Position numbers and translations under genes: made by a program. Source: an uncultured bacterium (GTDB lineage Bacteria > Chlamydiota > Chlamydiia > Chlamydiales > JAJFMA01). Taken from it: 64,000 nt of DNA. The stretch lies in contig CAYTFC010000003.1 in the NCBI GenBank assembly GCA_964436955.1, positions 4,159-68,158 on the forward strand, given 5' to 3'. This document shows, piece after piece, positions 16,505 through 24,386 of this stretch (position 1 is its first letter; the number at the start of each line of letters is the position of its first letter). Below the pieces are notes generated by a model. The model ran no database searches. It was not told where the DNA came from and saw only the letters and a list, made by a program, of their open reading frames with translations.

Positions 16505-16550
16505 GGTAGCAATCAGGGTCTCAGTGTCTGTGGTAAAAATCCGAAAAAAT
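16505..16550. repeat. truncated copy of the element C arm fused to a 17-mer also found next to element E
   Basis: TCTCAGTGTCTGTGGTAAAAATCCGAAAAAA matches 32744-32787 apart from an 8-nt deletion and one substitution; GGTAGCAATCAGGGTCT (16505-16521) is the reverse complement of 52600-52616. Confidence 0.6.
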
Positions 16551-16563
16551 AGAACAATCGTTT

Positions 16564-17181
16564 TTAAGTTAAGCTTGAACACAATGGACATTTCAGAGGA
16601 TCGTGCTGCTTAGCACGGCAATACTCACGCGCTCCATAGATGATTTGTAAATGTAGCTTGGACCAAGAACTTTTTGGAAAAAGTTGCTTTAGGTCTTTCT
16701 CGGTTTGCTCTACGGTCTTTCCATTGCTGAGTCCCCAACGGTGCGCACAGCGATGTATGTGCGTATCCACCGGAAAAGCTGGTATTCCAAAGGCTTGTAT
16801 CATTACGACAGAAGCTGTTTTATGACCGACACCAGGCAAAGATTCAAGGTCCTCAAAATTGTTGGGAACTTTTCCTCCAAATTTCTCTAGCAAAATTTTG
16901 GAAAGATTAGAAATGGCTTTTGCCTTAGTGTTCGCCAGGCCGCAGGTTTGAATAAGTTCTTTAATGGTATCTACAGATAGTTTTGCCATTTTCGCGGGGT
17001 TGTCCGCTCTGGCAAAGAGAGCGGGTGTTACCAGGTTCACACGTGCGTCGGTACATTGTGCTGATAAAAGCACTGCTATCAGCAAAGTATAACTATCTTT
17101 GTGGTGCAAGGGGATGGCGGGATTAGGATATAGCTGGTCAAGTGCCGCTTGGATGCGTTTTGCACGCTCTTTTTTGTTCAC
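16564..17181 (-). CDS. nth: endonuclease III (HhH-GPD DNA glycosylase)
   Basis: LESLPGVGHKTASVVM helix-hairpin-helix, VDTHIHR, C-terminal Cys cluster. Confidence 0.9.
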   Translation of the reverse strand: MNKKERAKRIQAALDQLYPNPAIPLHHKDSYTLLIAVLLSAQCTDARVNLVTPALFARADNPAKMAKLSVDTIKELIQTCGLANTKAKAISNLSKILLEKFGGKVPNNFEDLESLPGVGHKTASVVMIQAFGIPAFPVDTHIHRCAHRWGLSNGKTVEQTEKDLKQLFPKSSWSKLHLQIIYGAREYCRAKQHDPLKCPLCSSLT

Positions 17182-18558
17182 TTACTTGCCTACGCAAAAC
17201 TTAGAAAAAATGGCCGATAGGATATCTTCAGTAACATCTGTTCCGATGATTCGCCCTAGTTCACCCAAGCAATGGCGCATGTCAGCCGCTACAAACTCGG
17301 GTGATATTCCATTTTTGAGGCCGTGCATCACTTCGTGGCAAGCCTGAATGGCGTTGGCAAGGGCTTCCTTGTGGCGCACATTGGTGATCAGTACTTCTTC
17401 TCGTGAAGGAGGGCCATGTTCCCATATCACTTTGTCTATTGTATAACGCAGGATGTCGAGGCCAGTCTTTTCCTTAGCCGATACCACGACGACATTTGGT
17501 AAGGAAATCGTTTCGAGCATTCCAAAACCCAAATCCGCCTTATTCCATACTGCAATGGCCTTGTCGGGTGGAACCATTGCAATCAGTTCTTGTTCCTGAG
17601 GTGTTAAGGGCTGGCTGACGTCCAATACTAGCAACACCAAATCAGCTTCTTTGAGTGCTGCTTTAGAGCGACGTATGCCTTCTTGCTCTATGACCTCTTC
17701 TGAGTCTCGAATGCCGGCGGTATCTGTGAGTTTGATATTGAGACCGTTTAAGCGTAGGTGATCCTCAACAATATCTCTAGTTGTGCCAGGGATGGGAGAT
17801 ACAATGGCGCGATCTTTGTCGAGTAGGGCATTCATCAATGATGACTTTCCTACGTTTGGACTTCCTACTAAACATATTGAAAGGCCGTCATGCAAGATGC
17901 GTCCGTCGTGAAAAGTGTCTAGAAGCTTTTGCATGGCTGCTGTTGAGCTTTCAAGGTGCTGGCAAATTTCTTCTACAGTAGCAAATTCCAATCCTTCTTC
18001 GGGGAAATCAACCCACGCCTCTAAAATTGCTGCTGTATCAGTGAGGTTGTGCTGAAAAGAACGAATTTTTTCACTCAACGCCCCGCGCAATTGCTGTTCT
18101 GCAGCGTCGACTGCACGTTCATTTTTTGCGGCAATAAGCTCTTGAACAGCTTCAGCTTGGGCTAAATCCAATTTGCCGTTCACAAAGGCTTTAAAAGTGA
18201 ATTCGCCAGCGAATGCTGCTCTGGCGCCGGCTTGAATAACAACATCCAACACGCGACGTGAAATGAGGGAGCCGCCATGGCAGTGAATCTCAACCGTATC
18301 TTCACCAGTATAGGATCTTTTCCCAAGCATAGGAATAATGAGGATATCATCCACGTGTCGTTGATTGGCGTCGACAACATGACCAAAATGAACCGTATGT
18401 GTTGGATAGGAACGCACATCGCCGGAAAACACCTTATTCGCGACTTCTAATGCATGATCGCCCGCGATGCGAATGATTGCGACGCCACCATCTCCTGGTG
18501 CTGTGGCGATGGCTGCTACTGTATCGCCGGGTTGATAAGGTCTGTCATGAAAGGACAT
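17182..18558 (-). CDS. mnmE: tRNA modification GTPase MnmE (TrmE)
   Basis: DTVAAIATAPGDGGVAIIRIAG N-terminus, GSPNVGKSSLMNAL, DTAGIR, C-terminal CVGK; start taken at ATG 18558 (the 23 extra codons to 18627 are not conserved-looking). Confidence 0.95.
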   Translation of the reverse strand: MSFHDRPYQPGDTVAAIATAPGDGGVAIIRIAGDHALEVANKVFSGDVRSYPTHTVHFGHVVDANQRHVDDILIIPMLGKRSYTGEDTVEIHCHGGSLISRRVLDVVIQAGARAAFAGEFTFKAFVNGKLDLAQAEAVQELIAAKNERAVDAAEQQLRGALSEKIRSFQHNLTDTAAILEAWVDFPEEGLEFATVEEICQHLESSTAAMQKLLDTFHDGRILHDGLSICLVGSPNVGKSSLMNALLDKDRAIVSPIPGTTRDIVEDHLRLNGLNIKLTDTAGIRDSEEVIEQEGIRRSKAALKEADLVLLVLDVSQPLTPQEQELIAMVPPDKAIAVWNKADLGFGMLETISLPNVVVVSAKEKTGLDILRYTIDKVIWEHGPPSREEVLITNVRHKEALANAIQACHEVMHGLKNGISPEFVAADMRHCLGELGRIIGTDVTEDILSAIFSKFCVGK

Positions 18559-18702
18559 TGGATAATAGCCATTAACAAGTTTAATTTGATGATAATAGGT
18601 GTTTGTCGCAATTTTTGCCAGCAACAAATTTTTATCATTTATTTAAAATTACTGTTGTGTTAGATTTTTTTTATACTTTTTAAATAATTTAAAGGGCTAA
18701 TA

Positions 18703-19626
18703 ATGAACATATACGACATTGTTATAGATAAGGCTACCAAGTTAATTGAAGATAGTAATAATCGAGTGGCGGGTCAAGGGGCTGCGAATTTGAGCAAAGG
18801 CCTGTTCTACCCTCGCATCTACTATGAAAAATTGCTGGAGGGCGGAAAAAAAAATGAGAAAAGACTGAACTGGCTAAGAGACAAGCATGCTTTTAGCGCG
18901 GCTTACGTATCGCCGCAGCACTTTTCTCGCATTTTCGAAAAGCCACTTCCCGTAAAGGTCTCAGCAGGTGTTTTGCCTTCAAATGCTATAAAGGCAGCGA
19001 AAGTCGGACTTTCTCTTTTTGGATGTGTCGAATGTTGTCAATTAGCGCAATGGCTTGCAGTGGAAACATTTTTAGGAAAGGATCGTTTTAATGCCGTATT
19101 CGCCTCTGATTTAACGAGTGCTCTTATTTTTGGTGCACATCAAAAGAATCCCCTTCACACACTGACGTTATCCAATAGTAAGACTCTTCAGAGAGCGCAG
19201 ATTATTCACATTTTTAACAGCAGGCTATATATCCCAAAAAATCCTTTAGGCGAGTGGTGTGGTTTTCAATTAATTTGTATAGATGCTACTCCGGGTCATA
19301 CAAGATTTATTGGTTTTGGTATTCCATCCCAAGGGTTGGTTTATCAAGAAATTATTGATTTACTCTTAAATGAATACAACAAACCCCCGGCAAACATTGA
19401 TCATCTTCAAAGTGAAACAGCGAGTATGGTTCAGCGTACGAAGGAGTATGTGTCTTCGTTGTCTTTACGGGATCATACGATCACTATGGACGAGTTCAAG
19501 AGTACGGGAGGAGGTCAGACGACAATCATCAGTGAGTTTAACCTCCAGCGCTTAGAGCAGTTAAGGGATTGTCCTATAGAGGAAGCTTTGACACTAATGG
19601 CGGCATGGATGCAAGAGTTGATGTGA
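18703..19626 (+). CDS. hypothetical protein (no recognised family)
   Basis: 307-aa ORF behind an AT-rich upstream region; Cys cluster FGCVECCQLAQW and later PGHTRFIGFG. Confidence 0.6.
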   Translation: MNIYDIVIDKATKLIEDSNNRVAGQGAANLSKGLFYPRIYYEKLLEGGKKNEKRLNWLRDKHAFSAAYVSPQHFSRIFEKPLPVKVSAGVLPSNAIKAAKVGLSLFGCVECCQLAQWLAVETFLGKDRFNAVFASDLTSALIFGAHQKNPLHTLTLSNSKTLQRAQIIHIFNSRLYIPKNPLGEWCGFQLICIDATPGHTRFIGFGIPSQGLVYQEIIDLLLNEYNKPPANIDHLQSETASMVQRTKEYVSSLSLRDHTITMDEFKSTGGGQTTIISEFNLQRLEQLRDCPIEEALTLMAAWMQELM

Positions 19627-19862
19627 TTTCGGGCTTATTCCTTCTCGATCCAGAAGTACTCTATGGCGATTGCCAAGCACAAGTCCTTGGCAACTTGCCG
19701 TTCACACTATCTTACTTAAGTCTCTGACCAGGATGTAGGTGGCAAATCTGGTTTTAACCAATTGAATATCTACTCTTTACATTGACTTGATCTCTGTTTG
19801 GTAACCTTACTTATGAAACCCACGATTTATCAATAAGAGTTACAAAAAAATGGAGTCATGAG

Positions 19863-20300
19863 ATGGAAGCAACAGCAACAGGAAACAACGGTCCAATGGA
19901 CAAAATTTGGGAAAAAGCAAATGAGTTAGTCGCTCAAGGGCAACAATTGTACCAAAATCGTAATGAGCCTACTACCCATTTAATCTTAGCTGAGGGAGCC
20001 TCTACCGTATTAAAGACTCTTACCATCGCAACGAGCGTTGTTTTGGGATTTCCAGGACTAGTCCTAGGGTTTTTAGGAGGCGTAGTTGTCAATGAGCTAA
20101 AGGACTTCGATTTGGTGGCACCACACATTAAGGATGCTGCCAATTTCTTTGATAGCCTTCGAGAAAAAAGCTCCGATTCTACAACTCAATTGATGAAAGA
20201 TGCTCTTATCTTGGCTGGTACATATGCACTGCCATCTGTAGCGGCAGCTGCTATCGGCGCACGTGCAGGGCTTTATGCCGCTGAACGGCTTCACAACTAG
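19863..20300 (+). CDS. hypothetical membrane protein with Inc-like bilobed hydrophobic domain
   Basis: GGAG RBS 7 nt upstream of the ATG; ~40-aa hydrophobic block LKTLTIATSVVLGFPGLVLGFLGGVVV plus a second block ALILAGTYALPSVAAAAIGA. Confidence 0.55.
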   Translation: MEATATGNNGPMDKIWEKANELVAQGQQLYQNRNEPTTHLILAEGASTVLKTLTIATSVVLGFPGLVLGFLGGVVVNELKDFDLVAPHIKDAANFFDSLREKSSDSTTQLMKDALILAGTYALPSVAAAAIGARAGLYAAERLHN

Positions 20301-20319
20301 ATATAGCAGACTTGTTCAC

Positions 20320-21225
20320 TTATGCCTCCCCCATGGATTGTCCAAGGAGGCATCTTATTTCCATCTTGCGTGCCGTTGCATCCAATAGGCCATTATCAAA
20401 CCGTATGCTGCTGCTAGGGAATAGCAGGGCTATCGCCGATCCACCAAAGGAAAAATAACCTTTTTCTGCGCCTTTGGCATAGGTCTGATTCGGAGTAAAA
20501 GTTTGGGTAATAGTGCCCACGGAAGTGGCCCCAATTTCTACACACAGTACTTCGCCGAAAACATCTGACGCTAGAGTTGTCAGGATGCGCTTATTTTGCC
20601 AAAAGATAGCTGCATTTTTTCTAATAGCTAGTGGGTTTACTGAGTAGAGGTACCCATTGATCAATGTGCTTTCTGAGGGCACACAATCAATTGGAAAGTG
20701 AAAGCGATGGTAGTCGGAGGGACACAAGCGTCCAAGAACCATACTGGCATTTTGATAACGCGCTGCTAAGGCATCATCATGCAAAAATTTGCCTAGATCA
20801 AATTGGGATCCTTTTACGTCAAAGGGCGTCGCCTTGCTAATGTCATTATAGAAATAATAACGTCCATCGGTTGGCATAATGGCTGCATGAGATGCGATCG
20901 GGCGTGCTTCGGGTTTTAGCTCACGATAGAAAAAGTCATTAAACGATGTAAAAGCCTCAAGAGGTTTCAGGAATTCAGTGGTGTCGATAGCATATGCTTT
21001 TGTAAATGGAGCAATGCATTTGCGTGTGCAGCTAAGATTTTGATACCAGCCCATCAATCGCGAAAAAGCAGGATTGCGACACGCAAGACGTTGCAATGGC
21101 TCTGTCATCCAAGAAGAATATGTGCCTTGGCCGTAAAGCAATCGCACAAAAAAATCACCGTATACCTTCTCGATGCACTCTTGGCCAGTGGTTCGATCGA
21201 TATAGCGGATCGCATCAGCGACCAT
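20320..21225 (-). CDS. psd: phosphatidylserine decarboxylase proenzyme
   Basis: GYFSFGGSAIALLF self-cleavage (G-S) region, RLCPSDYHRFHFP motif. Confidence 0.9.
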   Translation of the reverse strand: MVADAIRYIDRTTGQECIEKVYGDFFVRLLYGQGTYSSWMTEPLQRLACRNPAFSRLMGWYQNLSCTRKCIAPFTKAYAIDTTEFLKPLEAFTSFNDFFYRELKPEARPIASHAAIMPTDGRYYFYNDISKATPFDVKGSQFDLGKFLHDDALAARYQNASMVLGRLCPSDYHRFHFPIDCVPSESTLINGYLYSVNPLAIRKNAAIFWQNKRILTTLASDVFGEVLCVEIGATSVGTITQTFTPNQTYAKGAEKGYFSFGGSAIALLFPSSSIRFDNGLLDATARKMEIRCLLGQSMGEA

Positions 21226-21236
21226 CCAATAAACTC

Positions 21237-21647
21237 CTATGGTCTTGGTAGGCCTTTCTTTGAGGCGATTTGTGAGAAGAAGTTGAGTTCCTCTAACAAA
21301 TCCGAATCGAAGAGATATTGTAGGTGCTGAGAATTGATCGATTGCTGCACAAGATGTGCTGCTTTGACAAGCTGAATGATATTATCTTTATTTTGTTCGT
21401 CTTGGAGATAGCGGGCTTTGACCTTATAGTAGTCGGAAAGCTGACGTCGTAATTGCTTTTGATCAATGGCGCTTTTTTCAGTAACAGCGATGATGTCATC
21501 GAGCTGTCGTAATGGCGTACTTTCGGGACGGGCGATACCGCCCGGAGGTAAATCTTCGGTAGATGAATTAACCGGCCCAAACGAGGCGGCAGATACTAGC
21601 AAGACAAAGCTTACGCTGGCAATTAAGGCACATATAAAAGTCTTCAT
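21237..21647 (-). CDS. hypothetical secreted protein
   Basis: Signal-peptide-like MKTFICALIASVSFVLLVSAASF; 11 nt upstream of psd on the same strand. Confidence 0.55.
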   Translation of the reverse strand: MKTFICALIASVSFVLLVSAASFGPVNSSTEDLPPGGIARPESTPLRQLDDIIAVTEKSAIDQKQLRRQLSDYYKVKARYLQDEQNKDNIIQLVKAAHLVQQSINSQHLQYLFDSDLLEELNFFSQIASKKGLPRP

Positions 21648-21714
21648 TACTTCCCCAGGGGTTATAACCGAGGGAAAAGTCTACCTTGCCTAAGGTATTT
21701 TGTCAAAAAACTCG

Positions 21715-22371
21715 TTATTTAACGCAAAGTGCCATCAAGTACCATGCCAAAGGACGAAAGCCTGTGGAAACCACTTCATCCGTCATGGAAAAGAGAAAGA
21801 CCTGCTTAAAATGACGTGACAATAGCTGTTCGAATTCGATTGGCTCAAATTCATGCAGGTGCGTATCACGGCGTCTTTGCGATGCATAGGGTTGGGAAAT
21901 TATATTAGGTGTGCCAATGATCGCGAAGCCATCATTTTTAGTCAATTTGTTATAGTTAGCAGCTACGATTTCGGTCTGTTCTTGTGTGAAATGTTCAATG
22001 ACATCCATTGAAACCACAACGTCAAAAGTGGCATGATTGGGCGGGATAGACAGTAAATCGAGCTTTTCGAATGAGACGTTACTAATATCTTTGTGCGCTT
22101 CAGCATTTGCTAGCACTAAGTCCTCATCAAAATCGCCTCCCGTGACGTGGCTTGCGAACTTGCTCATAAAAACCGTCCCGTGTCCATGACCACATCCAGC
22201 ATCTAAAACACAATGACTTTTCTTTAGAAATCGAATGCCGAACTTGTAGCGAGCAAGCAAAATAAAGAAATCTAGCGGACTTTCTCGAAAAGTGATTCCC
22301 TCAACGTGGGATAGCATTTCTTTCAGTTGTCCATCAGCAGTACGGAACAATTTTTGAGTAGGTTGTAGCAT
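21715..22371 (-). CDS. class I SAM-dependent methyltransferase
   Basis: VLDAGCGHGHGT motif I, DVVVSMDVIEH motif; 218 aa. Confidence 0.75.
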   Translation of the reverse strand: MLQPTQKLFRTADGQLKEMLSHVEGITFRESPLDFFILLARYKFGIRFLKKSHCVLDAGCGHGHGTVFMSKFASHVTGGDFDEDLVLANAEAHKDISNVSFEKLDLLSIPPNHATFDVVVSMDVIEHFTQEQTEIVAANYNKLTKNDGFAIIGTPNIISQPYASQRRRDTHLHEFEPIEFEQLLSRHFKQVFLFSMTDEVVSTGFRPLAWYLMALCVK

Positions 22372-22418
22372 AAATCTCCAAAAAAAGGAGCTGCTAGTGT
22401 CCTAGCAGCTCGTAAGAA

Positions 22419-23162
22419 TTAACGGTCACGTATTTTTGCCAGCAAGCGTAAGATTTCTAGGTACAGCCATACGAGCGTTACCATTAATCCAAATGCTGCG
22501 TACCAGTCCATGTATTGTGGTAGGCGCTTTGATGCGGCTCCTTGTTCGATGAAATCGAAGTCGAGCACAAGATTTAAAGCTGCGATGGCTACTACAAACA
22601 CGCTAAATGCGATTCCCCAAACACCGCCGCCATTCATTAATGGCACGTTTACGCCGAAGAAGCCCAGTGCAATTGTGACTAAATAAAAGATGGCGATGCC
22701 GGCAGTTGCCGCAACGATGCCCATACGAAACTTGTCGGTGACTTGAATGATTCCAGACTTATAGAGAAAGAGCATACCAGCCAGCGTGCCAAAGGTCAGC
22801 GCCACGGCTTGGATTACAATTCCTGGATAGCTGGCTTCTATTACTGAGGAAATTCCACCAATAAATACACCTTCAAGGAGGGCATAGATCGGAGCAGTAA
22901 TGGGAGCCCATTCCTTTTTAAAGATTGTGACCATGGCCACGATAAAGCCACCGATTGCACCCACCATGGTATAGGTTCCTACGGCTGCTTGTCCACCTTT
23001 GGCAAACACGCTCCATGTGTATCCTGCCCCTACTAGCAGCAGCAGTAGCAGCAAAATGGTTTTGTTGACAGCTCCGGAAATGGTCATCATTCCTTGCTGA
23101 GGGGTAGTTGTAGGGGTACTAGAAAAGACATCAGCTGACAGAGCTGGATTGGATGTGCGCAT
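22419..23162 (-). CDS. Bax inhibitor-1/YccA-family membrane protein
   Basis: MRTSNPALS N-terminus, ~7 TM helices, C-terminal LEILRLLAKIRDR; ATG 23162 has a GGGAGAGG RBS. Confidence 0.8.
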   Translation of the reverse strand: MRTSNPALSADVFSSTPTTTPQQGMMTISGAVNKTILLLLLLLVGAGYTWSVFAKGGQAAVGTYTMVGAIGGFIVAMVTIFKKEWAPITAPIYALLEGVFIGGISSVIEASYPGIVIQAVALTFGTLAGMLFLYKSGIIQVTDKFRMGIVAATAGIAIFYLVTIALGFFGVNVPLMNGGGVWGIAFSVFVVAIAALNLVLDFDFIEQGAASKRLPQYMDWYAAFGLMVTLVWLYLEILRLLAKIRDR

Positions 23163-23295
23163 AGCGACCTCTCCCGTTAAGTTGTTACACACTAAAGATC
23201 AATGATACGCCCTGTATTTTATTATGTCCACCACCCAAAAAAATAGCGCGAAAAATGCTCCATTCAAAGTAAGCTTGCCCACTTAAGTCAAAAAA

Positions 23296-24261
23296 ATGGA
23301 GATTGTTTTAATGAAAAGTTTGTCTAGGGCTATCGCAGAAGACATCAAGAAAGCGCATGAGGAACATCTCGTGCAGCAGGCGATAGAAAATCCTGAAAAT
23401 GGTGATGGAGAAATCAATTTCCTGAATGACATTGCAGAAGCTCTGGAAAATACTCTCACTGCATGTGAGCCTGGTGCCCAAGGCGAGCCTTATCACCTTG
23501 ATGTGGTAGAAGAAGAGGATTTCGAGGACGAAGAAGACGAGGCCGATGTATTAGATGATACCCCAAACGAATATGAGGTCTACATGGAGGTGTATCAGTA
23601 TGTCATTGGCATGGCTGGATATCTCGTAAACCAGGAAGCCCTTCTTGAGACCTATCCGGTCCTAAGACAATATCGTATGTTTTTGCACGGCGCTGTGTTG
23701 GATAGTCAACCAGACCATCCCGAAAGTACCGTGTCACAATCTTATTTTAATTTCTGGAGTACCTTCGATTGTCGCATTGGTAACACCGGCGAAACCCTGG
23801 GTTTGGTTGTTCGTGAAACAATTATTGAGCTCGAACAAGCCGATGCTAGTACCATGCATTTTCTGGATCTTGCGAATGCTTCGCGCATGGGGATCTATGT
23901 GCATTGTGGCTTCGATGAGGGTAATATGATCTTGGAGGAATTGGGCTCCGCTACTCAGATGATGGCCCAAACTCCATGGGACGATGATTATCAAGGACGC
24001 TCTGGAGAACTATGGTTCGTGCGCATTTTACCGCCTCTTGGAAGCTCAGCCTGTCATGTCATGGTTACAACGCCATATATATTGCAGTCAGAATGCCGGG
24101 ATGATTTTATGGAACTTATTGACGGCATGACCAATTTTTATGATTTTATGAAGTATGGACCTACTCCTCACTATTGGTTGGACTATCTGACGAAGGTACC
24201 AAGCATGGTTGATGAGGATCGCGGGGTTATCTTTCTGGAACATGCGCCGTCCGCGGGTTGA
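23296..24261 (+). CDS. hypothetical acidic protein
   Basis: 321-aa ORF with acidic run VVEEEDFEDEEDEADVLDD; alternative ATG 23311 has a GGAG RBS; no recognised motif. Confidence 0.6.
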   Translation: MEIVLMKSLSRAIAEDIKKAHEEHLVQQAIENPENGDGEINFLNDIAEALENTLTACEPGAQGEPYHLDVVEEEDFEDEEDEADVLDDTPNEYEVYMEVYQYVIGMAGYLVNQEALLETYPVLRQYRMFLHGAVLDSQPDHPESTVSQSYFNFWSTFDCRIGNTGETLGLVVRETIIELEQADASTMHFLDLANASRMGIYVHCGFDEGNMILEELGSATQMMAQTPWDDDYQGRSGELWFVRILPPLGSSACHVMVTTPYILQSECRDDFMELIDGMTNFYDFMKYGPTPHYWLDYLTKVPSMVDEDRGVIFLEHAPSAG

Positions 24262-24308
24262 CAATTCGACTTGCTCGTAGCTTCCGCGAAGCGGCATATT
24301 AAGTCGGG

Positions 24309-24337
24309 TTGAAATTAATCCCGTGGAGAGGTAAAAT
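24309..24337 (+). promoter_or_regulatory. promoter candidate for secA (TTGAAA - 17 nt - TAAAAT)
   Basis: TTGAAA 24309-24314, 17-nt spacer, TAAAAT 24332-24337; 50 nt upstream of the secA ATG. Confidence 0.4.
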
Positions 24338-24386
24338 TTCTAATTAACTAGTAATGAGTTCTAAAGCTCCAAAAAAGTGATGCATT

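Noticed and set aside
24301-24310. AAGTCGGGTT 10-mer found three times (24301, 27473, 52710), twice flanking secA, as possible element termini or direct repeats
   Set aside because: By rough arithmetic, tens of 10-mer triples and hundreds of 11-mer pairs are expected by chance in 64 kb. The surrounding sequence does not extend the match convincingly. I kept it only as a note.
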